A stretch of DNA of 64,000 nucleotides, taken from NCBI GenBank assembly GCA_044892525.1, contig CM097885.1:7938001-8002000 (forward strand), read 5' to 3'. Below, one piece after another: positions 48,699 to 64,000 of this stretch (position 1 is its first letter; the number at the start of each line of letters is the position of its first letter). The translations under genes and the position numbers were made by a program. Below the pieces are notes generated by a model. It did not search any database. It was not told the DNA's origin and saw only the letters and a program-made list of their open reading frames with translations. The DNA is from Schmidtea polychroa (lineage: Eukaryota).

Positions 48699-50982
48699 TA
48701 TTATTATTATAATCATCAGTACCCTAAAAGTGCTTTTCATGATAATATAAACAAAATATTATCGATTTTTATTTTACCCGCGCGTTATACAAACAAATAT
48801 TTAATGTAATTATCATGGAGCTTGCTAAAACAGTCAAAGTGATTCCAAGCCATCATAATTGTGGGAAAACAGTTTATAAATTATTTCTATTAAAACAATT
48901 ACAGTTGTCGTTTTAAAGAAAATTTTTGGTTACGATAAATTGTTATTTTTTTAACGGTTGTTGAGAATTAAGTTACAGCAAAATTCGGTAATAAATACTT
49001 AATTAGTAAAAGTTTTCAATTTTCTATAAGAATTTCGTCTGAAAAGATTTGTTTTAATTAAGTTGATGAGATAAGTATCTTATGCTGGATATCTAATTGA
49101 CGCTTTTTTGAAATATTTTCATAATTAAAATAATTTTATTTGTTTTAATTAATGATGTATATGTGGGACTGTGAATTGTCATTGGACAAAGAACTTTATT
49201 AAGTACGTATATATATTTTTTCGATCTTAATTGAATTGTTATTATTTTGTTTAAACAAAGAGTTTATTTCATGCCAAGAAATATTAATATAAAGATTAAA
49301 AAGGTTTTTCCAGACATTTGAAAGTCATGAAGAAAAGAACTTCTGAAAATGTTCATTTTATAATATTTTTATTCTGGGTACAAATGATAATTTGTTTTAA
49401 TAAAAAATGAAATTAGAGAAAAAAGAAAGCAAATGTATTGAAAATTAAGATCAAGGAAGCTTTTCCCCTTTTAGTCAACGCCAGGTTACTGTCCTATTTG
49501 GGCTTGCCGTGAGACGTATGCATTACCATTTGACTGATGTACCGCACTCTACCAGACACTGTCCTCAAAAATGTTCAATTACATCCGAATATTGCTATTT
49601 TCTCACTAAAACAAATAAATAAAATTTAATTATACTACATCATTGAGTAAGTAGAACAACTTATTCTCTTCTATTGTCAATACGAATTGTGCTCTTAGTG
49701 TTTTACTGATGCAGTTTTAAATGATTTTTCTATGTGCTTTAGAATATATTTCCTTGTTTCTTTTTCAAATATTCCATATACTAAAGAGATTAAAGGTTAT
49801 TTTGTTCAACCAATATGTTTTTTGCAATTCTTTCTGGAATATGTTTAGCAGAAATAAACCTTTTTCGCAGTGTCGTGGTAAGACACAAAAGCGTATCAAA
49901 ATATTCCCTATGGTCTGTTTACTTAAGTAATAGAGATTGAGATTGTCTTGAATGTCTTTGGCTATTTTAGAAGTATACTTCTCAACCTTCCTTTTAAATA
50001 CCTCAATCTTTGCTTTAGTTAATTGTAGGTAGTCTTTCTCATTATTTTGCATCTTTGTCACTGCCATACCTTTTATACTTGTTAATTCTATTGAACATCC
50101 AAAGCTTTTTCGATCTCAATATGTTTCTTTCCTTCCTTTATGAAAAAGGTCCATCATTCTATTTGGATGTTACAGAGCAAGTATTTTGATTCCTTTGATA
50201 AGGTTCTCTCTGGATCAAGAATTTATTAAATTACATTATCTGACTAAAATCATCTAACTCTTTGCCTGTTTGTTATATCAACTAATTAATTAATTATTTT
50301 GTATTTTTGATATAACCTTTACTAAGGACCCACTATCGATTTGAAATTATTATATTCATTTTGTCTTTTCATTTGCCTCCTGCATTTCCCTCAAAAAATA
50401 TTGATTTTTACATTTTTTGTTTTGTACAAAATTCTCTATACATTTTCCATTAATTTATACAATCCCTGCAATGTTGTATTTATTTAAGTTGCGTTGGAAG
50501 TACTTTTTATTTATACCATTCATTAAATTGTCACTTTTGGATAGGATGAATTTCCCTAAATTTTCCTAATGTCAAAACATACACGAAGTCAATCAAAATA
50601 TGAAATATTCTCTACTAATATTAAACAATATTTTGATATTATAACAAAAATATGTAATTTTATTCAGTAAATATTCAATTTAAAATAATTACAAATTGAA
50701 GTTGGGTTATTGCTACATTTCTAACTGTTCTAAGTGCAAAATGCTCCTACATTTCGTTATAAAGAAGTTTTTATCATGTTAAGTGAAAAAATATAACGAA
50801 ATAATTCAGATCTGAAATTTACGGAGGCTTTACTTATCAGAAAATTAATTACAATTTATTTATTATTTAACAAACAAATATTTTCATTTATTAAAATGAT
50901 TTCTTGGTAGCATCATAAATTAAATGTTAAACAAGGACATAATATTAGGGATTATCATATAATTTACTTGTTTGAAAATTTT

Positions 50983-51037
<55 letters not shown>

Positions 51038-51058
51038 TTAATAATAATAATAATAATA

Positions 51059-51133
<75 letters not shown>

Positions 51134-53569
51134 TTAAAGAAGAATGATAAATAAATATTACACAATTAATCAAAAAAACCTGTTACATAACAACATGTCA
51201 AAATCGTAGTTTCAATATCAGAGTTTATTTATGATGTTTGATGCTAGTTTTTGAATATTGTAATATATGTATTTGTGCAGATATTTTGTATCAATAATTA
51301 ATAAACCAATAAATTTCCTTTTAGATATTATGCAATGAAGAGCTATATAATGATGTGTTTCTAATTAACAATTATTATTATTATTATTTTCTAATAATTT
51401 TATTATGAGCAATTATAATATTTTATTTCTTTGATTCAAGTTCGTGTAGTTTAATGTATATTTTTGTATGTATTGCACTGCACATTTTTGCATTACTATT
51501 AATTAATTAAATTATTTATATATTTATTTTATTTATATTTATTTTACAAAAATCGAGTAGCAGTAAAAGTAAATAATTGAAAATTAAAATTAGAAGTTGC
51601 TGTCATATTCAATTTATTATAAATTAAAAATTATTTTTATGTGGAGACATTCCGATATTACCGGATTGACTTTAATTGCTTCATGTCTATTATTTATAGC
51701 TGCATTTATCCCCAATATTATTGGGTTTTTTTTAATTGAAAATTTTCAAACACAGTGGCTGAGTTGTTACTGATATGTTGGTTTCTGGAGGATAATAATT
51801 AATTTCCCAAAATTTCCTCCAACAACTCATCATTCCATGCCAGACAATCCAATCTGGTAAATTATTATTCTTGTTGTTATTTGTGGAGAATTTTAAATTT
51901 TAAACTTTTCTGTCTGTGAAAAGGACAAATTTCTGTTCTGACATTTAAATTACGTTTTTTTAATTCTCCTTTTTTATAAAAAGTAAATTTACAATTTTAA
52001 TCAAATATTCTAATTTTTGTAATGAATTATTTTTGTTAATAAAAAACTTAAAGGACCCCTTTAGTAGTTTGACCCTTTCTCAATATGTTTGATTATAAAA
52101 TATCCCACATGATATACCCTTTAAATGTTTCCCAAAACCACCAATATATACAATTAAACCGTCACATTTAATCTAATAACGAAAGAAAAATAACTAATAA
52201 TGAAAAGGAAAAGAAAATAGCGAAAGAAAATGAAATGGATAATTAAGTTAATTTATGATGGAAATTCCATTAATCTTGTTACGAAGGAGTCGGGGATATT
52301 GAGGACGAATTCAATAGGACTCATTGTAACTTTTGATTGCATGTTATATATATATATATATATATCATTAAAACAAACACAAAATAATTTTTTTATTATT
52401 CTAAATGTGCAACTATCTGCAATAATTTTCCAAATAAGAATATTATATTTTAAAACAAAATCTGGATATATATGATCACATACATTTTTCATTGAGTGCC
52501 TTATTGGGTTTTATAGGCGGGACGGGAATTTCTACATTTGCTGTTAATTTTCTTCAGAAAATCTAATTCTTCTATATCTTTATTTAGTACAAGCCGGTCT
52601 ATTTATGAAGGTCCAGACTGCAATGGTTTTAACAATATCAGTAGACGCCCAGGTAGAAAAAGAATTTCCGCTTAAAGTGTATAATACAAAACTATGTACA
52701 AAAAACAATATTAATATATTTTTATTTTTTGTTATTCAACATGAAATAAATTTATTTTTGATTTTTGGTGATTTTAAACAAAATAAAAAAAATAAAAAAT
52801 AAAATAAAATTTTTTTTATATTGATATGTTTGTTTAAATTATAAAGTCTTTCGTAAATATTTGTTATTGTTAAGAAATAATAATATATTTTTTATGATTA
52901 AGATCTATTTATAACAATTTAAATTAATTCGTAGCTTTATCTTGTTTGTTGGTTTGTCTAAAACCACAAAATCTCTCGAACCATGAATTCAGACGTCATG
53001 AAAATTGCATAGTTATTTCTAGATTTAATGATCCTATAGTCAATGAAGTATCCATTATTATTGCTGGAAATTGATTTCACTGTGAATTATACATTGCCGC
53101 TGATGCAGAAGCGCAAACCAAAAATGTTTTTGACTGCCAAATGTTTAAATAATTACACTAAAAATAATTTGCAATTATTTGATTTGTTTCGGCTTTCTGT
53201 TTTGTAATCTTTTTTTTGTATTCTTTTGTGAATTATTGTGGAAGATGAATTTGATATCTGGAAAAAGCCCAATTTTAGGCAAAGCTGTAAGATAAAGGAA
53301 ATAATTTAAATAATTTAAATTATAAGATAATATGATGAATTTATTAAAAAGAGAGTTTGAAAACTATTAATCAGTAATATATCAACAAACATCGATATAT
53401 TACTGATTTATAGTCTTCAAGCTCTCTTTTTAATAAATTCAATGGAAAAATAATCAGTGGAAAAATTGGAAGAAATAAAAGTTCTTATAATAATAATATG
53501 ATGATAAATTCATAAAAATTTGTATTTTTAAGGAATCTTTCCGATTTTCATCAAGTGCTTGATTTTTAG

Positions 53570-53769
53570 ATGCCCCGGTAATTGTTGGTGAACGGAACTC
53601 AATTATTCATGTTCCATTCAAGCATAATATTTCGGTTAATTGTGAGGTTGCCGCCAACCCATATTCCAAAGCAAATTTTCAATGGAAAATCTCATTTCCA
53701 AATGATATTTTGACACCTTTCAACAATTCTCTCGAGTGGCATATCAATTACACCGTAAAGTGTCCCGAA
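53570..53769 (+). CDS. Exon of nephrin-like Ig gene (absent from the ORF track)
   Basis: tttttag|AT GCC CCG joins 29307 in phase 1 (DVK-Y-APVI). Reads ISVNCEVAANP...NFQWK...KCPE, then |gtaagt. Confidence 0.75.
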
Positions 53770-54484
53770 GTAAGTGAGAACGGATTAATGGTTTACTATT
53801 TCAATTTCTTTATGTTCCCTAAGATCTAGAGCATAGATAAATTCAGGATGACCATCTGGATAAATATTAAAAGGGATAATAGCATATTAAATACCAATAA
53901 ATCAAATGATACCCATTCTAATTTCAGGTTAATTGATATTAGAAAAGAAATGTTAAATAGGAAATGTGTTTAGTTAATAGAATTGACAAACGAGAGAATG
54001 GAATTAGCATATAGTGTGAGGGGATATCACGTGCAAAATACATGGGGTTTTGTGAGGGGGTAGTTTTTCGTGTTAAAATTAGCAGACTGCGACCTAAAGA
54101 AATATCACAATTAATCCAATAACTATTTATATTAGAGTTATTAATTAATTATAAATCATTACTAACTAATTGATATATAATAAGATTTGATCCAAATTTA
54201 CATTAAATATTTAATGAGTAAAATATAAATTAACATAATCACATTATAACAAATCACTATTAAATGTCAAGGTCACACTAATAAATAAAAACTACATAAT
54301 AATTAATAAATTGACTAATACATAAACAATTTATTTGTAATTATATTATATTAGAGTTAAATATTTTTTAAAATAGAATATAGTTAAATAAAATTTATTT
54401 AAAAATATAAATAATTTTTATAAATTAATAAATAATAAAATGAAAATGGGAATGATTTTATAATAAGAAAGTGCCACGCAAAAA

Positions 54485-54685
54485 TTCGAAAAAGAATCAT
54501 ATAGTTTTTATTGTGCTCACTAATATTTGTCGATGCCTTCAGTCATTAAAGTTTACGAGTTTGAGTACACAAATGACAGGAAGTCTCTCCATGTATGTGA
54601 CATTGCACTCATTACATATAAATTTATAAACGTGGTCAGACACAATCCAGCAGAAGTTTTTAGACTTATTAATAAACATATTACC
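54485..54685 (-). mobile_element. Penelope-like GIY-YIG fragment (family of 10890-11110)
   Basis: Reverse complement aligns by eye with 10900-11100 (TAATAAGTCTAAAACT, GGAGAGACTTCC, AATATTAGTGAGCACAATAA). Confidence 0.7.
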
Positions 54686-55887
54686 TACTTTACATGAATT
54701 AGAAATGATATTATTATAAATTAATTATCAAAATTTGACTGAAAATTTCTTATTTTAGTCAGTGATTTCACAAATTTTTGACCAAAAGATATAAAAATTT
54801 GAAATTCTTTTAAATTTGACATGGTGTGTTTGACATGCTGTTGAACAAAGCTGTAGAAGGACTATCCTATAGTTGGAAATTTTGTCATTTGTATTAAATA
54901 TATTATTCGCAGCAAAAGGCTTAAATTATCATTTAATTGTTTAAATTTTAATTAATGCTGCTACCAAGAAGTTATCATTTGTAGTTATTAATTCATCTTT
55001 AAAATTCATGTTCATTTTATGATTATATTTTTTATGATAACATCAATTATAATGATCTATATACTTTTACAAAAAAATTTAATATAATTTATATTAGAAT
55101 AATGTCTCCTAATTTCAACCATAAGCGTGAATCTTCTTTGGTTTTTTGCGTCTTCACATAGTTTTGTGATTGGTTAAATCATCTCAAAATACAAAACTCT
55201 GTATTTAATACTAGTTAGCATGTACATCTATTACAAATATTTTAAAATTTATGTTGAAGTCAGCCATTTAGGAAATGGTTTCGAAATAAGTAATCCTTGC
55301 ATTTTTCCATGGCATTGATGAGTTTGACTTTGTCAACCTTTACATTTCTATTACAAGCTTGCATGCATTTTTGTAATGCGTTGTGTTAGTATGTTTAATT
55401 ATTTGATCTACCATTTATTTACAAAAAGTATATTAAATGATGTTATTCCATCAACATCTAGATATGTTTGAGTGTTTCTATAATATATTGCTGAATCTTA
55501 TTCTTATAAAAAACAATTAACTGCCTAGGAAATTACTAAATTTTAGTTAATTACAAAATTAAGGATGAAGTGCTAAAAACTGTATAATTATTCTCATAAT
55601 ATAATGGCTTTCTCCTTGACAAAGAATTTCAAAATAATTTATGGAACGCTTTTTGATAATCTGAGAAATCGATAAAAATAGTAGAATTAATTCCTATGGC
55701 AAAACAATGGAGAATAATGAGTTCTTACACTGAGATGCATGATTGAACAAAAGAGGGTTCTTGGGTAACAATTTATATGGATTACATTACAGAATGATTT
55801 TAGCTTGCCTATAAATTTTCGATTAAAATTTATTACGATATAAATAGAAAAGGTCTCTAAAATTAGTTAAATTGAAAAAAAGATTTT

Positions 55888-55971
<84 letters not shown>

Positions 55972-55973
<2 letters not shown>

Positions 55974-56985
55974 TTAGGGATAGGCCTGGGGCCTTGACTG
56001 TAAAATAAATAAAAATTACTATAATTAGAAATGGTATAAATAAAAATAATAAAGAATTACTAAAAATTAAATATAGAGTTAAATAATTACTATAATTAGA
56101 AATAAGATGTATATAGTAATATTTAATTTTACTGTAACTATAAATAGTAATTATAATATTGCTAATTATATATTAAATAAATAATATTTATTATAAATAC
56201 TGGTTCAAAACCAGAACCAAGGGAAAAGAATTTGGACGATAAATTGAGGACGATAAAATTGAAGAGAAACACCTGGAAAATTATTTAATTGTTATTTCAA
56301 AGAAACGTGATTAAAGAATCACTGAGATAACTGTAATTAATTCAAGGAATTTGACAACAGTCGCAAGTGTTCAAATTAAATTTAAATAACTCATCTCACA
56401 AGAAGAAATTCCGGTTCAAATTTCGGATTGATTACAACTGTGAAAATTGTCTATAAATTGTCAACAAGAATTGATCAGAGTCAGAAAAAAAAATAAACAG
56501 AGAGAATTTTGAAGAAGATTAGTCTACAATAGTGTTTATTAAACCAGGTAAAATTATTGTGTCAAGGGATAAATTATTATCCTGTGAGAAGTAAATTAAG
56601 TGAGCACAAAGTATTAATCTCATACTTTAGTGTTCCCTGGGAGCCTCAAAATCATTCCCTCTTGCTTTCCCAACTCTTTTAATTACATTGCGATCGTTGT
56701 GCTACTCAGGAGCCATCGATCTCTTGCAGGCTGTGGTAAACAGTAGGGATTAATAAATCCGTGTTCATGTATTCTTTGTACAATAATTGTAAATCATTTT
56801 GTAAATTATTGAATACATTTTTATAAAAAGAGAAAAGAGTTTGTTCTTAATTCAGTGATCTAAACTTATACGCGCAACCACATTAAATATAACATATTTA
56901 TATTTATTTTAATTTATCTATTTATTTTATTCAATCATTAGAGTCATTGTGTTGAGATCTGTAGTCCCCGTGTTTTGATCTTAAC

Positions 56986-56986
<1 letters not shown>
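55972..56986. mobile_element. Probable solo LTR (1015 bp) inserted in (AAT)n
   Basis: TGTTA...TAACA termini; ATAA on both sides; splits an (AAT)n tract; TATAAATA near 56192; no ORF. Confidence 0.65.
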
Positions 56987-57016
<30 letters not shown>

Positions 57017-57762
57017 CTACTGCAATTTCGTATTAAATTTAAAACTTTTTAATTATTAAAGCTTTGCACTGATAACTTACTTGTTGTTTCAAGGTTATTA
57101 AAGTTGATTTTTTCTTTAAATAAGAGATTTTAAATTGCTGCAAAAATAGATTTGGGTAAATAATAAAAGATATTATACAGTCAAACATCAACAATAAATT
57201 TATTGTAAGGCACAAATTTGGAATAATAATTGGCTATTAATATTGATGGAGATCCAAATATTGAAAATGTTTAATTATTCCAAATATTATCCAATCACAA
57301 TTCGTCAAAGCTTTCAAAGACTTTTTCTAGAGAATTTTTGATAAATAAATTCAGAGAATAATTTCCAAATTTTGAAAATTATATATTTTATTGACATTAA
57401 ATTTATTCTCCTTATAGAACATTAAATATTTATTGAAACGAAATCTGCGGGGAAATGAAGTTTAATAAAAATAGATATTTTTTCATATTCTAAACAATTC
57501 GTTTTTTTTAGAATTTACACTTGAGAATTTTCATGGAATAACAGAAATAAGATAAAATATTGATAAAAGTATTTCAAATATAAACCTGATGTGGTATTAT
57601 TATTAAATATTTAAAATAATTTTTAATAATTATTTTATTTTTGTGAATATTTAATAACTACTAATCATTTCAAATATTTAGGAAAACACATTCATTCTTT
57701 CAAATTATTTATTTGCTTTATTTGTTATTATTATTATTACCATTATTATTATTATTATTACA

Positions 57763-57882
<120 letters not shown>

Positions 57883-57894
57883 ATTATTATTATA

Positions 57895-57975
<81 letters not shown>

Positions 57976-59872
57976 GTAATAAATGATTATCAAAGCCTAA
58001 TGGCATTGTGTGAATATATTTCCAGACGCATTAATCTAATTAGTATACGTATAAATATATTAGAAAATTATAAATGATAAAAGTAAGACATTCCAAAAAG
58101 GATAGCGTAAAGATCATATAAATAATTATCATTATAAACTAGGAATGTATTATTTCGAAACCAGAAATATCTCTTTTTTAAGTAGATAAATTTACTATTA
58201 AGAAATTAATAAAAGTTTTTCTATTAAATGTTTGCATTTTGTCATGTGGGTAAGACAAATACTTTTCAGGGAGAACTTTTTTTCTTAATTAATAAATCAC
58301 AAAAATATATTATTCAATTAAAACAATAAAATAATGTGATGATATTATTATATAATCGCAAGTTCCGTTGTCTGTAGATCATAATAAATTTGTAAATATT
58401 TTAGGGGATACTGTAAATTTTGGCAAAATTTTTATTGTGGCTTTGATTGTGATTGTAATTATTTTACTATTTTTCTGCTTTTCTTCATTAGGATCGATAC
58501 ATATCAAATATTTTTCATTTGACTTAATTTCAATAACTTTTAGAAATTTTCTTTTTTTTTCAATGTTTTTGTAAAACTTTCAAAATAATTAACCAATGAA
58601 ATCTCTCGAAAATAAAATTTAAACATTTCTTATGGACAAATGTAATAAATAAATGGATTGACCAGCACTAAGCCAAATATTTGTGTTTATCTTTAAATGA
58701 TTTTGTTTACCTAAAATACATTTCATTTTTTTAGAAAACGATTTTTAACTGTTAAACATGATATTCACCCATAAATATAGAAATTAATTATAAATAAAAT
58801 TAGTGGAGAACGTTAAGGAGTTTAAGAGGATTTGGAAAATTATTATAAATTCATACCAATTTTTATTTTTGTTTATTTCAAATCCCTCGTTGTATAATAC
58901 TGTCAGTATTATTTACTGATATTGTTTCTCATTCACTAATTGGTGGTATTGGTGGTATTGGTGGTATCAATATCTGACAACAACGTGTATTGTAACGAGC
59001 TGATACTATTGTATCCCAAGCAAATGTATGCATGTTCTTGATTATCAACATAAATATTTATGCCATTTGATTTATGGTTAATTTATCCTATTAAAAATGA
59101 TACGAAATAAGACCTTCCAATACTAAAATTAAAAGTATGATAATTATTAAGTTTCCTATATCGAAATAAAATCATCATGGCTGAAATCAGTAAATAAACT
59201 TCCAAAGTTTCTATATATCCTTCCTTATACCCTTCGTTTTAGCTTGAATACTTGTTATATCAATAAAGTATTTTGTCACGAACTGGCAAAGACCATGCTT
59301 GCCTGAACGTGAGATTTAACAGAAATTACAAATAGTCCAAACTAAAAGAAATAATATGGAAAATAAATTCTGCTATTAATGTTTAAAATTGTTTTTACAA
59401 AATCCAGTCTACGATTTCTTCTTCCTAAAAATACACAGTTCCTCCATCAACATATAATTAACATTGATATAATTATACCGAAAAATTTTGCCCTTTGCTT
59501 TCAAAAAGCTTTTCTATTTGGAACTCTTTTTTAACATTAAATGCAAACTAAATTAGTAGCACAGTAAAATCAATTGAAATTATTTTTTATTAATTTGTAA
59601 AACACACCCATTATTTTATTTTTTAATTGTGAATTTCAGTTTCGTGATCTTTCGACAATCTTTAGCAATTCAACAAAGCCTTATGCATCAGTAAGTTGCA
59701 CCACGCCCAGAAAGTTTGCAACTCTCTCAAATTTCCATTCGGTTAATTCAGTAAATTTTCAAAATATTCGTCTACAGTGCTATTATGACAACAACATCTC
59801 ATCGTCCGCTATTAAAAATTTTATTTTTTACATTCATTGTAAGTTTAATTATTATTTTTTCTCATTACTAGC

Positions 59873-60019
<147 letters not shown>

Positions 60020-61158
60020 TCTCGATCGCAATAGCATTGCAATAATTCATTTCTGAATTCATAATGATTAAATTTCAAATAATGATTTATTTCATAATCA
60101 ATCGAAAGTATTCAAACAAATTTTTAGAGAATATAATGCCAATGTAATCAAATAAATAAATAAATATATATAAGTTTTTTGAAATATTTTTTATATTTTG
60201 TAAAATTTCTTTTACAATTCCACAAGTGATAAATATTATTTTTCAAATTTGATTAATTTCAAAGAAGAAAATAATTTTGAAAAATTTAAAAATTGAATTT
60301 GTTTTTAAATTTTGAAATTTGCTTTAATATATTTTGGGTTATTTAAGGTAAATTTATATTCAATAAAATTATACATATAATACATATAAAATCTAATAAG
60401 TAATCTAATAATGAAACACTTAATTAATAATTACTATGAATGATTTGATATGTGTGTATTGTATTTCTGGAACATGTCTCATATTGCATATTTATTATTA
60501 CACAATGTATCCGATTCAAAAGATATAAATACTAGAACTCTTATGTCATGAATAGATTTTTAATTTACTCGTCTTTGAATTGCTTAACATATGAAGAAAT
60601 AAAAGCAGCAATTAACTATTTCAGCTATTTTCTTAAGTAAAACCAGTCTTAGTTCCAATGTTTTATTATAATGATTCGCATCATATAATAGTTTTTGCGA
60701 TCTGTGTTTTCAATGTAAATTAATTTTTATTAAGTACTTCCAACCTTAATATACGTCAAAATATCGATGAATTGTATAAGAAAAGCCAATTTTCTTAACT
60801 TGAACAACTTCAAAACCTTTGGAATATTCTTAGGAATAAATGTATTTTGTTTTACTGTTTAAAATATTACTGATTTATTTAAAAGAAATGTTGAAATTAT
60901 TAAAGTTTCAATGCCAAAGATTTATCTGAAAAAATGTCAAAAGAATTTTAAATTAAACGAATGAGTTGATGTTAATTTTATACAACTTACTGATTTGAAT
61001 TGTTGCCTAATTGTCATGGAAACGGTAACTAAATTTGGAAAATTATGTTTTCAAATGAACTTTTAATTTAATTGTACATAAAATAACAGTAAATAGCTAT
61101 AGACAAATTAATGATATAGTTTAGTACATTATTATTATTGTTATTATTATTATTATTA

Positions 61159-61286
<128 letters not shown>

Positions 61287-61362
61287 CGTTATTGTCATTA
61301 CATTTAATAAAAGTTGCAATGATTTTAACTAAAAATCTTTACATAAATATTTTTATTTTCAG

Positions 61363-61667
61363 CGGCTCCTGAGTTTCAAGCAGTCAGGCAATTTGCATTT
61401 GAAGTAGTTGAAAGCAGTAAAGCAGTGACTTTTACATGCATTTTCAAAGGTTATCCCATAAACTCTGTCGAATGGCACAATTGCAGTTTCGTCGAACCCA
61501 ATTACATGGAATCAATTAAAAGTCGATCAGCGACGAATAACTCGCTCACCAATCAAACATTGCTCCTGCAATCAACAGACATTCAACAAATTCGTCCAAA
61601 TTTCTATCGTGCCGAACAAATATTCTCATATCGTGATTTGAAAATGTTAAACAGAATTTGTTGTCAG
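61363..61667 (+). CDS. Exon of nephrin-like Ig gene
   Basis: Starts ttttcag|CG GCT CCT; phase 1-0. Reads APEFQ...VTFTCIFKGYPINSVEW. The exon(s) linking it to 53769 were not confidently located. Confidence 0.75.
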
Positions 61668-61706
61668 GTTATATACGAAAGTTAAATAATTTGTTAATTA
61701 AGCCAC

Positions 61707-63476
<1,770 letters not shown>

Positions 63477-64000
63477 TAAGTATTTTTGATTTCAGGAATT
63501 TGGCGAAATATTTAAATGATTACTTATAACGAGTAACGTGTGATGCGTTGCTAATTAGATTTTTAAATCCTATTATTAAATTAATAATTAAATTAACCGA
63601 AATCTATGTTAAGAAATAAATTATTACAAATTAACAATGAAATAAATTCAAAAAAATATTGCAATTTTTAATTATTTAAATTAAATTAATATTTTGTTAA
63701 ATTAATTTGTGTAAGTAATGTTTTCTAATCACAACAACTTTCCTTTAATATTGCTGTTACTGTTAAATTTATATTTTTAGCAGAAATACCGGAAATACCG
63801 GTATTGAGCCAAACCAATGCCGGTATTTCGGTACCTCAAAACAATTCCGGTACTACCGTTATTCTAACCACTAGTCAAATTTCTTGTTAAATGTCGTTTT
63901 TGTAATTTACAAAGTTGAAATGCATTATTATTATTATTATTATTATTATCATTGTCATTATCTATAACGTAATTAGGCAGCAAACCGTTATGGAATTGAC

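Noticed and set aside
53830..53927. Possible extra host exon after a 60-nt intron (SIDKFRMTIW...)
   Set aside because: Frame-compatible, but it has no Ig motif and I found no downstream partner exon; needs RNA-seq.

Overview
Very AT-rich, (AAT)n/(TA)n-laden animal genomic DNA; the repeat load and 51-54 nt mini-introns suggest a flatworm such as a planarian (inference). At least ten + strand exons of a nephrin/Sticks-and-stones/SYG-2-like multi-Ig gene span 3590-61667, and both gene ends lie outside the window. A young 15,073-bp Polinton/Maverick (adintovirus-type endogenous dsDNA virus) sits in its 24-kb intron at 30309-45381, with a perfect 6-bp TSD (AGAAAC) and ~1.18-kb near-identical TIRs. 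It encodes major capsid, ZnF-PLA2-integrase, packaging ATPase, a pX-like core protein, adenain protease, minor capsid, a fibre-like protein, a membrane protein and protein-primed PolB. The most novel signal is in the TIRs: each holds two tandem copies of a ~75-nt tRNA-sized Pol III unit (perfect A box, duplicated B box, terminal stem, T8-9 terminator) that is not a functional tRNA. These are candidate VA-RNA-like ncRNA genes or TFIIIC boundary elements. Other introns hold Penelope RT/GIY-YIG relics, minimal hammerhead-ribozyme repeats with a U1-like 13-mer, Merlin and IS630/Tc1 relics, MITEs, a small Helitron, a solo LTR, a cold-shock/actin chimeric pseudogene and a ~0.9-kb tandem duplication. 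All assignments come from motif recognition by eye; no database searches were run.
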